Assembly (NCBI GenBank): GCA_964016885.1
Contig: OZ024742.1
Location: 306,032,001 to 306,096,000 of the forward strand
Source of the DNA: Eledone cirrhosa
Taxonomy: Eukaryota
Direction: 5' to 3'
DNA length: 64,000 bases
Below, piece by piece: positions 50,333 to 63,787 of the stretch. Numbering within the stretch: the stretch's first letter is position 1; each line of letters begins with the position of its first letter. The position numbers were made by a program, and so were the translations under genes. The notes under the pieces were generated by a model that did no database searches, was not told the DNA's origin, and saw only the letters and a list, made by a program, of their open reading frames with translations.

Positions 50333-53300
50333 ATGACCTCACTAAGAATAGGCAGCATAAATGCGCTTGGCTTGGGGTCGTCATGGAAGCAGGGCCACCT
50401 GCTCAACGACCTCAGGTCACTAAACATAGATGTAGTGGCCATCAGCGAGACCAGAATCTCCGAAGCACAGGCTTTCGCACCGATCTTCGGCGGCTACGAT
50501 GTGTACGCATCTCCCAGCCGTCCGGGATCGGGGGGAGGAGTTGCTGTGCTTTTTCGGAGAGGTTTGCATCTTGCCATACGGGCCATCTTCCTGGACCCAG
50601 AAGGTAAGTTGGTGGTGCTGGACGTGACCAGCGGAGAAGGGCAAGCTTTCAGGCTAGTGGCCGTCTATGCCCCGACAGGAGCAGGGCGGCCTGATTTCTT
50701 CCGGCGTCTGGAGACCTTTCTTGGAACGTCCCGCTCTTTAGTGTTAGTGGGCGACTGGAACGGGATCTTAGATGCACGCTGGGATTGTGTGGGATTAGTG
50801 GATAGGGAAGGAGGGTGCAAGAGTCTCACCAACCTGCTCAGACGTTTTGAACTGTCTGACAGGTACCGAATGGATTTCCCGAATGTACCAATGTGGATTT
50901 GGACAAATCGCATAGGGTCATCCAGATCATATCTAGATAGAGTATTTTGTAGGGAAATAGATAGGTCTAGCATAGGCTGTCCACAATTCAAGATAGTCAG
51001 CTACACGGACCACAAATTCGTGATCTGTATGCTTGACTTAGATAGGCTTCATAGACGAGGACCCGGCTACTGGAAGCTAAACGCGTCCTTACCAGCGCGC
51101 AAGGCCTACAGAGACCGGATTAGCGAACTAGTTAAGCGGGCGTTGACGGGGCCATCGTCAACAACAAGTGGTGGTTTGCTCTGAAAAGAGCAATTAGAAT
51201 AGAGTCCATTAGGTTTAGTAAGACTTTAGCAATAGAGAAAAATAGAGCAGAGGGAGAATAAGTTAGAAAATTAGATGAGGCGCTTAGCAAAGGCATCGCG
51301 ACCGACGTGCTTGCGGCGAAATTGGCCCTTGACTAATTCTTCAATGCAAAGCACGAAGGCTGCGTTGTCAGAGCTAGGGTGCGTGCTCTCAGACACGAGG
51401 GGACGAAAGCCGTTCAATGGGCCCGAGTGGCGGAGGCACGTCGTGGCAACAAAGCCACGATCCGGTCTTTGGTGGACCACGACGGGCGCATGCTACTCGA
51501 TCCCGGGCAAATGTGTGAAGCTTTTCAGCGACACTTCGCTCAACTGTTCGGGGGCAGTGGCGGGCCGGATCGAGGGATGGACTTTAGTGTCTACCTCGAC
51601 GGACTGCCGCGGCTTTCGGCCACTGAGGCGGAGTGTTGCGAAAAGCCGATAACAACCGCTGTAGTACGGGATGCAATGACTAGTTGCACAAGGGGTAAAT
51701 CGCCTGGTTTGGATGGTCTGCCCTATCAACTTTACGTACAAATGCCAGACTTGTTCGGAGGCCTCTTGGCGGACGTCTACTGCAACTGGCAATAGAACGG
51801 GAGAATTCCCAGCTCTGTGAGCCGAGGAGCGGTGGCGCTGCTGAGAAAGGATCCGAACAAGGGGGATAACATAGATAATTTCAGGCCCATAACTCTGCTA
51901 AACACAGAGTTCAAGATTTTGGCCAAGGTGCTAGAAAAGAGGTTGGCGCTTGTCGTTGGTGGTCTGGTGGGAGAGGCACAGACATGCGCCATTCCCGACA
52001 GATCCATCCACGACAACCTCCACCTCATGCGATACACCGTAGAGAGGGTAGCTAGGGAACCTGGCACGGGTGGGTCTTTGATCAATTTAGATCAGTCGAA
52101 AGCCTTCGATAGGGTCGACCATCGTTACCTAGCGGCAGTCCTGAGGGCGGCTGGCTTTGGGCCCGTCTTCAGAGGCTGGATCGCTGCCATGCACAGCGAC
52201 ATCTGCTCTGTAGTGAGAGTGAACGGTCACCTTTCGGAACCGTTCAACATCATGCGCTCGGTCCGCCAAGAATGTCCCCTCTCGTCCCTATTGTACGTAT
52301 TGACTCTCGAGCCAATACTGCACAAACTGGAGACGTTGAGGGGGGTCCCGCGCGAACTAGGATGCGGAAGATCCGTGTCAGCATATGCCGACGATGTCAC
52401 CGTAGTGGTGTCGAACGCCAAACACATCGAGGCGATCGGCACTACACTAAGAGAATACGAAGCGGTGACAGGAGCAATGATCAACCAGGAAAAGTCAGTG
52501 GGCCTGCAGCTCGGCACCTGGAGAGGCAGGTCCATGCCGTCCAACAGCGTCGTCGGGCGCTGGACGGACCGGTTAAATTGCTAGGGGTCTGGTTCGGTCC
52601 AGACCTCCAGACGGACAAAAACTGGGACGAGCTGACGAGCAGGGTGGCTTCTCTCACCCAGAAATGGGCCGATAGGAAGCTATCCCTGAAAGGTCGAGCG
52701 GAGGTGGCTAACGCGTACATCACGTCCGTCATCTACTACCGCCTGACCGTCGTACCTTGTCGTAAGCCCCGCCTGACTGCGCTGGAGCGTTTGCTCTTTC
52801 GCATCTTGTGGAAGGGACGCGCTCCGATGGTCAGGCGGTCCATCTGCTGTCAACACCCGCTACGTGGAGGGCTGGGCATGCCGTGGCTGATGATGCGCAG
52901 ACACGCGTTTAGGCTACGACATCTCCACCTCTTCCTCGACGGTGATCAGGTGTGGTCGCCGTTTGCTAGACACATTTTTCCCCAGCTCGTCTCCTTGACG
53001 GAGCTGCAGTCCTGAGTCAAGCGAAGACCGAGAGGGAGCGCTTGGAGACTGGAATGTCTTCAGGCGCTCACAGCCCTCGACCAATCGGGCAATGTGATCG
53101 GTGGAAACTCCACCTTGGCGTTCTATAAGGGATTAGTGGAGGGGAAGAGCGACGACGTACTTGGAGAAACTCTAGGCGTCGACGAAAATCAACTAGCCAA
53201 TCTCTTCGGAAGGACTTTCGGGCCGGGGCCTATGGACAACTTCCAGAAATCCCTGGCCTGGCAGTGCTACCGGGGTGCCATGCCAGTTCGGGATAAACTT

Positions 53301-53747
53301 TACAGGCATGGAGGTGCCGTCAGCCGCGCATGTGCGAGATGCGCACAGGGCGACGAAACCGTCCTGCACGCACTCGTCCACTGTCCGAGCATTGCTGACT
53401 TGTGGGTTTATGTCGAACACCTGCTGTCACGTGTAGGACGGATCCAGCTATCAGCTGAGTCCATCGTGAGGATTGCCCCGCCCCCTTCCTTTAGCAGGGA
53501 AGGGCAGGCAGTTTTTATCTATCTGGTGGCCATGGCGAAAGAGATAGTATGGTGGACACGTTTGAAAGGGCTGAAGACGAGCACTTACCTCTTCGGTGAT
53601 GCCCTGATTACCTTTTTCAAATTTCATCTGAAAAGGAAAATCAGGGTAGAGAGGGAAGTGCTCTCTTCCCAGCATTTTGTTGAAAGATGGGTGAGAGAAG
53701 CAAGTATGGCCCGAATGAATGGGCCTTCTCTGAGTATGTGTCTGTAA
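50333..53747 (+). pseudogene. Tx1 ORF2 with several stops and frameshifts
   Basis: Fragments of 283, 138, 255, 247 and 217 aa homologous to 44390-47810. Confidence 0.93.
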
Positions 53748-53991
53748 ATTAAAGGTGGAAAACTGGGAGAGGGCACTTGCCCTGGTGGTCAGGGCCACTG
53801 TGGTCTTTTAATGGGCTTTCTCCACAAATGTCCCTCGGAAGTCTCCCCCCTATTGGGGAATTTTTCTTTGTTATTTTTATTTCATCCTCTGTTTTTTTTA
53901 CACGCAGAAATGCCCATTTGCACCGTCCTGTATTGTCCTGTACTGTCCTTAATGTCTACTTTATGTAAACCCTTGTGGTTAATAAAGAAAA

Positions 53992-54052
<61 letters not shown>

Positions 54053-54562
54053 ATTAATGATATTATATATTATATTATTAAAACAAAAAATAAGGAAAGT
54101 TAAAACAATATGTGACAAGAGGTGACAAGACTTTCGGACCACCCTGTAGATTATGGGTACGGTTTAACGTTTCCGTGGTCCAGATCACTGTTTATAGAGA
54201 GTAAATTCTTCTTTATTTATCGGAATGTTCTTTATTGGATTTGCTTGTTATTGTGTAGCTCCAATCAGCTCGTCATGATCAAGAAGACATAGATTTATCG
54301 TGCGAATTGTTATCTGACCATCTCCTTTCCGATTACTTTTCTGGCATATTGTATTTAGAAATAGATTTATTTTCATTTTAAGATGTTACGAAGTAGTTTG
54401 AAGGAGATTTTGTTTCTATTTCTAGCAGATCAAAAGACCGTGTAGTTAATACGTGTTTAGTTAATACTTTCCTCTGGCATCGGGATGATGTATTATTATT
54501 ACGAGAAATCTTGTAATCATCGTAGACGCTGTTGTTGATGTTTGTGTTGCAAGCAATTTTCC

Positions 54563-54635
54563 GAGAGAGAGCGAGAGCGAGAGAGAGAGAGAGAAAGAGA
54601 CCAAGAGAGAGAGGGGAGATATAGAGAGATGGAGA

Positions 54636-54721
<86 letters not shown>

Positions 54722-54790
54722 GGAGAGAGAATGAGTGAATGAAAGAGAGGTGGATAGAGAGGTGGATAGAGAGAGAGACAGGGAAAGAGA
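54563..54790. repeat. (GA)n microsatellite
   Basis: Directly visible. Confidence 0.95.
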
Positions 54791-55624
54791 TGGTGAAAGA
54801 AAGAAAATATAAAGGGTGTTAAGGTGGTCGAACAATAACGATATATTAACAGGATTTTTTTACGTGTCAGTCAGAAAACTTGAACATCTGCGATATATAG
54901 AACGATATAATAACACGGATTATGCGATATAATACTGGCTGTAATAGATTATAAATCAGGATAGATTCTAATGTGTTTACACTTTAACTGAACGGCAATT
55001 TATGATTCAAGGCCAAACTACATTCGAATATTCCTTATTTGCTTTTTAAAGTTATTCTTCTTTCGCGGAAGCTTAGATTCTCGTAGTAGAAATATTAGCA
55101 GTGTTACTATAAATACTGCCATTATATCTCCTGTTGTTTTGTAGTACAATCCTCTTTCGTAACTCATTAAATATTCTCTTAAGTTTGATGCTTATATTCT
55201 GTTCCATTTCGGCGTTATTACCCAAAACATTTCTCCTCTTCGTTCAATGACCTTCTCCTAATCATAATTTAATTCCTCAATCCGAGCCCCTATACCAATA
55301 GTTTTCTATCACTCGTTTCCAGTCGTGCAAGCTTTATCAGACCCACGCTTCAGTAAAGAACAAAGTCTCCCCGATTCCTATAGGGGTGCCTCCCTCTCAA
55401 TAAAACATGTCTATTTTCTGCTGTACCCTCCCCGTTTGCACATAGCCCGAGCACATATACCATGGCCATTATCCTGAAAACTACCCAATCTATCTACCAC
55501 ACACCTTATCACCTCCCAGAAATACTGAAGGTACAACAGCCTCTCAAACAACATCAACCATCTTTGCACCAGCTGGCACCACCATCATTATCACACCAAT
55601 ATTTTCATCATTATCATTATCATA

Positions 55625-55775
55625 TGCTTTCTAGCATAGTACGTCCCTTTACAGTCTGAGTTCAAATCCCGCCGAGGTTAACTTTGCCTTTTATCCTTAC
55701 GGGGTCGATAAAATAAAGTACCATTAATGTAGTGGTTAATTGCTGGCCTTGTGCCTAAAATAGAAACAATTATCA
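55625..55775 (+). mobile_element. tRNA-derived SINE
   Basis: CTGAGTTCAAATCCCGCCGAGGTTAACTTTGCCTTT...GGGTCGATAAAATAAAGTACC...TTGCTGGCCTTGTGCC. Confidence 0.88.
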
Positions 55776-56224
55776 TTATCATAATCATTAGCAAGACACA
55801 TCCCTGTTTCAAAGGCCAGCAATACAAACACCACTATCAACATCACGGTCGTCAGTACACTATCACCATCAACATAACCACCATATATACTAAGAAGAAA
55901 CATAGCAATAACCAGTGCCATCATTATACCTCGATTGCCACCATAAACACAACAATCACTAACAACAACACCACTCCAAGCATCACCATCAATGCCCTCA
56001 TGTATACTAAGAAGACACTTAGCAATAACTAGTGTCACATAGATACAAAGCTCGTCACCACGATCCCCCCTTTCACCAGAAATAATCTCACAAGTAGCAT
56101 TACCATTAATATCACTTTGAACATAACAATTACAAATATAACCGTGCTGCATCGACCGTCAACACAATAACAAAACCAACAACAGCTAAAACAAAATTAT
56201 ATCAGCAACAAGTGTGAAAGTAAC

Positions 56225-56425
56225 AATAATTGTTTCTACTTTGGGCACAAGGCCAGCAATTACCCAGTGCATTACTGGTACTTTATTTTATCGACCCCGT
56301 AAGGATGAAAGGCAAAGTTAACCTCCACGGGATTTGAACACAGCCCACGAAGAGGCATAATTCTATGCTGAAAAGCATGGCGTCCCCCCCTTCTACTGAG
56401 CAAGAACGACAATCTGCCAATCCCA
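56225..56425 (-). mobile_element. tRNA-derived SINE
   Basis: Reverse complement of the same family (GGCACAAGGCCAGCAA...GGTACTTTATTTTATCGACCCC). Confidence 0.85.
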
Positions 56426-56654
56426 TTTTCTATGGCAAAGACAAAAACATCATCAGCAACAGCAGCAGCAACAGCAGCAGCAACAGCAGCAGCAGCAGCA
56501 GCAGTAGCAGCAACAACAACAACAACAACAACAATAACTCAGAGAGTAACACCAATATCGATGACAATAACAAATTTACCATGGCTACAGAAGATAACCA
56601 CAAGGACAAAAACAAAAATAGTAGCAATTATAATATCTGACGTAAGCTCAATGC

Positions 56655-56825
56655 CAACAATTTTAGGGAGGGAAATCCTCGATTAGATTGATCCCAGTAC
56701 GTTACTGGTAATTTATTTTATCGACATCCGTTTGAATGAAAAGGAAAACTAACCTCGGCGTAGTTTCTTATTCAGGAGTAACTATATGCCGCAAAGCATG
56801 TTATCTGGTAATGCCAATCTACCAC
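56655..56825 (-). mobile_element. tRNA-derived SINE (older)
   Basis: ACTGGTAATTTATTTTATCGAC...GAAAAGGAAAACTAACCTCGGCG. Confidence 0.7.
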
Positions 56826-57499
56826 CCTAATAATAATGATAATAGTAATACTGATGAGGATGATGATGATAATGATGGTGGTGATAATGATGATGATGAT
56901 GGTGGTGGTGATAATGATGATGATGATGGTGGTGATGATGATGATGATGATATTAATAACAATAGTTAAAGGCGAATAGATAGCACAACAAAACGAAAGA
57001 AAAAACAACACAAACAGCCGTAATGGCATCCACACCACCAATACTTCCAGCAGCAGCAGCAGGAAAAATCCCACCACCACCACCATTGCCACTACCATAA
57101 CCACCACCATCACTACCATCACCGCCAACAGTAGCACGACCATCACCACAGAAACATTTTAAAAAGTAACATTTTCAGACTTCACCTATCTCAACCTCAC
57201 AACTGTCAGCACCACTACCAATACCAACACTGCTAGCTATTAGGGATGGGGGGGTGGAAGGGAGCCTCTTGTAGGCAACCGGAGAGAAAGTAGTCGGGCA
57301 GGACAAGTGTGGTAGGAGTGGAGCTGTTAAAATTTCACCTCAGTTGGTACTAGCCTTTACAGGTCCTCTTTGTGTAACTGTGCCACAAAATGAACCACAG
57401 ATTTATAACGACAGAAAATTAAAACGACGCAAGGAAACCGAAGACAAAGAAGCGGAGCAAAGAAGATAACAAAATTACAATCAATTGTGACATTCTTAC

Positions 57500-59115
57500 A
57501 AAATATGGAGGAGCACTTGGTGTTGGTACTTCAGTGTCGGAAAAGGTTCGAATGTTTGAAATCAGCCTGAAAAGTTTGATAGGAGATACAAGGAAAATTA
57601 GACGTTGTAATTGACTCACCAAGGTTCAATTAGATGACCTGGATTTGAAGTTCAGAGCATGAATGTTAATAATATTGAAGATAACGTAGATGATGACAAT
57701 CTGTAAAGTAAGAAACATAGGGAACCCAATGAAAATGAATCAGGTGGGAGATGTGTTTAATTATCTTAGAATCAATAGGACTCCGCTGAATATTCGGAAT
57801 ATAGAGAGAAGTCGTATAGCGAGTGGAATAGGCAAAGGAATTCATGCAATGATGTACATGAAAACTAATGGTATCGCCGATTTGAGAAAGTTAATTAGCG
57901 CTTCAGGGTTTCAGGTGGGTGAGTGGTTAGGTATTAAGCAAACAGAAAGGAAGAAACGGAAAGAACCCTGGAGGAATATGAGAGTAATATAATTCAGCTC
58001 AGAAAATATCTAGGTAAAATGGATACCGGAAGATGGAAAAAATGCCAAAGCTGGGGAGAAACGATGCATGGACATGAGGTATGAAATAAAGTTGAAAGGT
58101 TTGAATGAAGTAATGGAAGGAGTGAAATAGCGTATTAAGGTAAAATCCAATTGGGCTAGGCGATATACAAATATACAAAAACGACAGGAAGACAACAGAT
58201 TGTTCTCTGCAAATCAGAAAAATGTGTTTTATTACACTATTAAAGGAAAATAGTGCAGAGGCTGCACGCAATGCTGAAGAATCCACACAGATTTTCTCAA
58301 ATTTATGGGGAATTGCAAAGGTCTATATCTAAAATGCGAGATGTAAAAATGAAGTTGAGTATAAGTTTACAACAAGACGTTGAAGTTAAAAAAATGCGAA
58401 ACTCGGCCCGCATGGGATGAAATGATTCCGGTTGAAAAGATTTATAAGTGTTCATTCAAAGCTAGCAAAACACCTACATGATTGTATTGTAGAAATTCTA
58501 ATTTCGATGGTTGAAGAAAAGACAACTTTGATGATGGAGGATAAAAGGAAAAGTCCCTTAGTTGAAAATTACAGACCGATTGCTTGCTTGAATTTCTATT
58601 GAAAGAATGAGCAGAAGTGGTGTATGAAACATTCCCGGAGAAACAAAGACCATCTTGCTTTTTACAAAGCAATCATGAATACCTGCAATTGACATCTATC
58701 AAATCATCGATGTGGCCATACCAAATGTCACAATAATATTTCGAGTAAGGAGATTGAAAAAACTTACCAAGTACTCTAAATTGAAAGTGTAGCAAGCAAG
58801 TCGATTTGGAATGTAAGAGGGTAATGGGAAATTGATATCGGTAGTGATCGGGGCAATAGGGTCAATCACATTGACACTTCAAGACTTCTTAAAAAGACTG
58901 GTAATACTATGCATGTTGGGTGTCATAAAAGAGGTGGCTTTGCTAGGTTCTGCGCACATTTTGTGGAATGGATTATCTGACTGAGATCTTTGTTAGAAGA
59001 AGAAGAAGAAGAAGAAGAAGAAGAAGAAGAAGAAGAAGAAGAAGAAGAAGAAGAAGAAGAAGAAGAAGAAGAAGAAGAAGAAGAAGAAGAAGAAGAAGAA
59101 GAAGAAGAAGAAGAA
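57500..59115 (+). mobile_element. Decayed, internally deleted R4/Dong-like non-LTR element with (GAA)n tail
   Basis: RLFSANQK (~58200), ENYRPIACLN (~58564), VVIGAIGSI...VALLGSAHIL (~58840-58965); (GAA)n at 58996-59115; left boundary uncertain. Confidence 0.7.
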
Positions 59116-59724
59116 AATCGAGATTTAACAATGGTCAATGATACTTAAAATGACAGGTTATCTTATGCATATAAATCTAGACACATAAACTCCTCTCATA
59201 TAAAAGACAGCCCTTATAAAAGACAGCCTCCAATGTCCATATTCTCTGGAATGTACTGAATGTCTAAGTTCATTGTTGATGAAATAAGTGTCAACTGAAG
59301 AAATAAGTACATGGCTAGACTCGAACGATTGATGTCAGGGAATGAGTAAAATATTATATAGTACCTTGTTGGATGGTTAACTGTTTCTTTGACCCCAGTG
59401 GGATTATGGCTGTGTCTACTACATTATAGGGGTCTGTAATGAATAAATGTCTAGGTGAAGTTGAAAATGGGGAAATAAATCTGGAAATACCAGATACACA
59501 AGACATGGCAGGTTTTATATGTATATTGAATAGAAGAACGTGTCTTTATATTTTTGCAGTTTTTGCTCTGTAGTATAGATTTTTATACTTAAGCAAGCAC
59601 GCACAATCACACACACACAAACACGCACGTGTATATATATATACGCATATATGTACGCATATATGTATTAATTTACGCATATATACGTATGTTTGTGTGA
59701 GTACAATGTATATATATATATATT

Positions 59725-59831
<107 letters not shown>

Positions 59832-60295
59832 TGCTCATGTTTCTCACACGCACATTTCATTACTTCCACATTCCTACGTACACACCTTCCATACATTTTT
59901 TCATGCATACACACACTACACAAACACTACAGAGGCATCACACATACGCGCGCACTATAACGCACACGCATACACATACCGCAGCCTCTCCCCTCCATTT
60001 GCTTCATATATCACCCCATTCCTCTTTGAATTCGTTAATTTATTTGTTTTTTTTTATTTAATTATTTATGTATTCTATTTTGTTATTTATGTGTTTATGT
60101 ATATTATAATATATTTATTTAAAATTGTTTTCTTTTTTTTTTTTCAATAATTTTCTGTTCTGTACATCTCCTTGATTTCACATTCTCTATAAATGTTGTT
60201 CACTGTCTCAACCGATGTCCTTCGAGATCGGTTGTATTTTATATTTAATTTCTTTAATTCTTTAAATCTTTTTTTCTTTTTTACTTTTCTTTCAA

Positions 60296-60379
<84 letters not shown>

Positions 60380-60395
60380 ATTATTATTATTATTT
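60296..60395. repeat. (ATT)n microsatellite with no Tx1 insertion
   Basis: Directly visible. Confidence 0.95.
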
Positions 60396-60891
60396 TACAT
60401 TCAGCAACGAAAACAATAGTGATTGATGAAGTGAAAGCGTACCCCACCACCTCGAGGAAAACTAAAACCCACACTGCCATCACACATTTCTCTGAATCAG
60501 TTTGTCTGTAAGAAATTTGAACACATAACGTTGAACAGAAGCACACACCCAGCTATAAAATTAGAGACAGTAAAAAAATAAATACATAAATAGATTAAAA
60601 AAATAAAATAAAAGAAGTGTGAGCCAAAAAATATAAAAGAATAATTAAAAAATTAATAAATGTAAAAATGATATAAAGGAAAATGTGAAAATATTATGAA
60701 AAATAGTTGGAAAAATGGAAGAAAACAGATATTTTTGTCAGTGTTTGCATACATACTTTAACGCATACAGATAGATACATACATATATAAGTACATACAT
60801 CCATTCAAATCTGAATACTTATACAGATATATGTACACCCATATATGAATCCAAATATATGCATAGATACATGCATATTACATATATCATA

Positions 60892-60996
<105 letters not shown>

Positions 60997-61008
60997 ATAT
61001 ATAAATAT

Positions 61009-61091
<83 letters not shown>

Positions 61092-61121
61092 TACATATAT
61101 ATATATAAATATATATATATT

Positions 61122-61178
<57 letters not shown>

Positions 61179-61203
61179 ATATATATATATAGGAAAATGT
61201 TTG

Positions 61204-61299
61204 ACCCCGACGGCAGAGCTCAAGCCGTTTCGACTGCTGTTTCTGGATTAAATAAGAATTTTTAGCGTGGTAAATAAATAACCGAACTTTTCAAGGGGT
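61204..61299 (-). ncRNA. Type I hammerhead motif, U3-A8 core variant
   Basis: rc reads ACCCC-TTGAAAA-G...C-GAAACGGC-TTGAGCTCT-GCCGTC-GGGGT. Confidence 0.75.
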
Positions 61300-62355
61300 A
61301 ATTCCTTATATGGGAAGATTGTAGTCATCAAGAGGATTGGTCAACATTTCTTGTAAACACAATTAAGTCTATCATGGCAGTGGGTGGGAGGTGGGGGTGG
61401 CTGAACTTGCCTGTAGAACAATGAGGGAGTGGGTGGAGCCGGTCAAGCATTGGAAGTGAATTCTATACACCAAATTCTTAGGATCGTGTATGAAAATGGG
61501 TTAGAGTAAGCAGGCGAAAAAGGATTCTGGGGAAAATAGAGAAGCGACGTTATAGAATAGGTGAATCAAATGAGATTAGAAGATAATAAATAAAACAAAA
61601 ATATATAAAAATATAAAATTGGATAGTAAGAAGTGATAAAATAGCGCTAGAGTCTAAAACAGCTGCTATATTTAGTGGTATTGCGTTTTCGGCCAATTCT
61701 ATATGGTTAATAAGTTGAGAATAGAAGATACTAAATAAATAAAAAATTATAAAATTATAGAATTGGGTAGCAAAAAGCAATACAAAATCTCTAGGTTCTA
61801 AGACAGCTGCTATAATTAGTTGGTATTGCGTTTTCGGCCAATGCTATCTATAATTTCCTGGGGTGGGATACTGGGGCTACAAAAGCACGATAGGATGCCT
61901 CGGGGTAGGCGAAAGAGGAAAAAGCAAAAGGAAGAGCATACGGAGTGGAAGGAAGTGATAGGAAGAGATAAAGGGAAGAAGAAAAGAGGTAAATCTACTA
62001 TTTAGACTCTAGCGCTATTTTATCACTTCTTACTATCCAATTTTATATTTTTATATATATATTTTTTTATTATCTTCTAATCTCAATTGATACACCTATT
62101 CTATAACGTCTCTTCTCTATTTCCCCAGAATCCTTTTTCGCCTGCTTCCTCTAGCCCATTTTCATACGCAATCCTTAGAATTTGATGTATAGAATTCACT
62201 TCCAACGCTTGACCGGCTCAACCCACCCCCTCATTATTCTACAGGCAAGTTCAGGCGCCCCCACCTCCTATCCACTGCCATGATAGACTTAATTGTGTTT
62301 ACAAGACATTTTGACCAATCCTCTTGAGTACTATAATCTTCCCATATAAGGAATT

Positions 62356-62451
62356 ACCCCTTGAAAAGCTCGGCTATTTATTTACCACGCTAAAAATTCT
62401 AATTTAGTCCAGAAATAGCCGTCGAAACGGCTTGAGCTCTGCAGTCAGGGT
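62356..62451 (+). ncRNA. Type I hammerhead motif, U3-A8 core variant (mirror copy)
   Basis: Stem II GGCTATTT/AAATAGCC; two substitutions weaken stems I and III. Confidence 0.65.
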
Positions 62452-62541
62452 CAAACATTTTCCTATTTCCCACTCTACTGCCCTAAGTATTGAGTATTCT
62501 GGTGTGTTATGGTCCATCTGGTTCCTTACCACACCTCCTTC

Positions 62542-62584
<43 letters not shown>

Positions 62585-63205
62585 GTAGAACACTGGAAGG
62601 TAATATCCGTAGTGGTAGAGCACTCAGTCCATGGGACGAGTTAGGTAGAAGTGGTTACACAACAGTTAGTTCACCATACCGAGAACAATTGTTTCACCTT
62701 AGCGGATCCTAAGCTCGTAATGGACATGGTTATACGGAACAGGAAGGTCAACTGTACGAACGCGTATGCACAGAATTGATCACTTCACACAGGCAATACT
62801 AAATTGCGTGCGAGTGGTGTAAGGGAGGTAACTGCGAAAGTCCGAAAGTTTCTGGTTGATAAGAAAATTAGAATGTAGTTGTAATTCAATCCGGAACTTT
62901 GAAGTTATGTAAGAGGTGTTTCACCTTACGCACGCAATTCAGTATTGCCTGTGTGAAGTGAATATTTGATTCTTATAGAATTCTAGTAATAATCAGGAAC
63001 TGATTATACAGAGCGGTTGCCTGTCAAGCAGAAATTGAAAATTAGAATTGGTGCTCTGAAATAGCGATATATATATGAATGTATATATAGTGTATTTTGC
63101 AATACACTGTATGTTAATTAAAAAGCACTTCGAAGACCTTACGCTATTGTTTTAGAGTAGTGACAGTCTCACTTACTTTAAATTTTCAGCAAACAGGGGA
63201 GATAA

Positions 63206-63250
63206 AGCTGACAGAGCTCTGTTTCGTACTTTTTGGTACTTATCAAAGCT
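63206..63250 (-). ncRNA. Type I hammerhead motif, U3-A8 variant, all stems intact
   Basis: rc reads AGCT-TTGATAA-GTAC.CAAAAA.GTAC-GAAAC-AGAGCTCT-GTC-AGCT. Confidence 0.8.
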
Positions 63251-63467
63251 AAGTACTTCACCTGTTTGCTGAAACTCATGAATGTTTGATTCTTATAGAA
63301 TTCTAGTAATAATCAGGAACTGATTATACAGAGCGGTTGCCGGTCAAGCAGAAATTGAAAATTAGAATTGGTGCTCTGAAATAGCGATATATATATAAAT
63401 GTATATATAGTGTATTTTGCAATAAGAATCAAACATTCATGATTTTCAGCAAACAGGTGGAGTACTT

Positions 63468-63512
63468 AGCTTTAATAAGTACCAAAACGTACGAAACAGA
63501 ACTCTGTCAGCT
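63468..63512 (+). ncRNA. Hammerhead copy with G5A mutation
   Basis: AGCT-TTAATAA-GTAC..GTAC-GAAAC-AGAACTCT-GTC-AGCT. Confidence 0.6.
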
Positions 63513-63787
63513 TTATCGCCCTTGTTTGCTGAACATTTAAAGTAAGTGAGACTGTCACTACTCTAAAACAATAGAGTAGGGTCATCGAAATGCTTTTAAT
63601 TAAGCATACAGTGTATTGCAAAATACACTATATATACATTCATATATATATTGCTATTTCAGAGCACCAATTCTAATTTTCAATTTCTGCTTGACCGGCA
63701 ACCGCTCTGTATATTCAGTTGCTGATTATTACTAGAATTCTATAACAATCAAACATTCTTGATTTTCAGCAAACAGGTGGAGTACTT

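Larger units (their letters stand above)
48090..54050 (+). mobile_element. Tx1 family A full-length copy (5.9 kb), more decayed
   Basis: Colinear and highly similar to 42149-48089; AATAAA at 53981; (ATT)n at 53993-54050. Confidence 0.96.
37235..54146. mobile_element. Tc1/mariner-type MITE (about 320 bp of own sequence) enclosing the Tx1 array
   Basis: Left TA|CAGGTTGGTCCGAAAGACTTGTCACC (37235-37260); right GGTGACAAGACTTTCGGACCACCCTG|TA (54121-54146); 24/26 match. Confidence 0.85.
61190..62543. mobile_element. Penelope-derived fold-back cassette (arms 61190-61658 / 62001-62467) in (TA)n
   Basis: About 470-bp reverse-complementary arms. Confidence 0.88.

Noticed and set aside
55280-55460. Minus-strand zf-RVT-like remnant (C...C...E...HVLL)
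   Set aside because: Too degenerate to assign to a LINE family.
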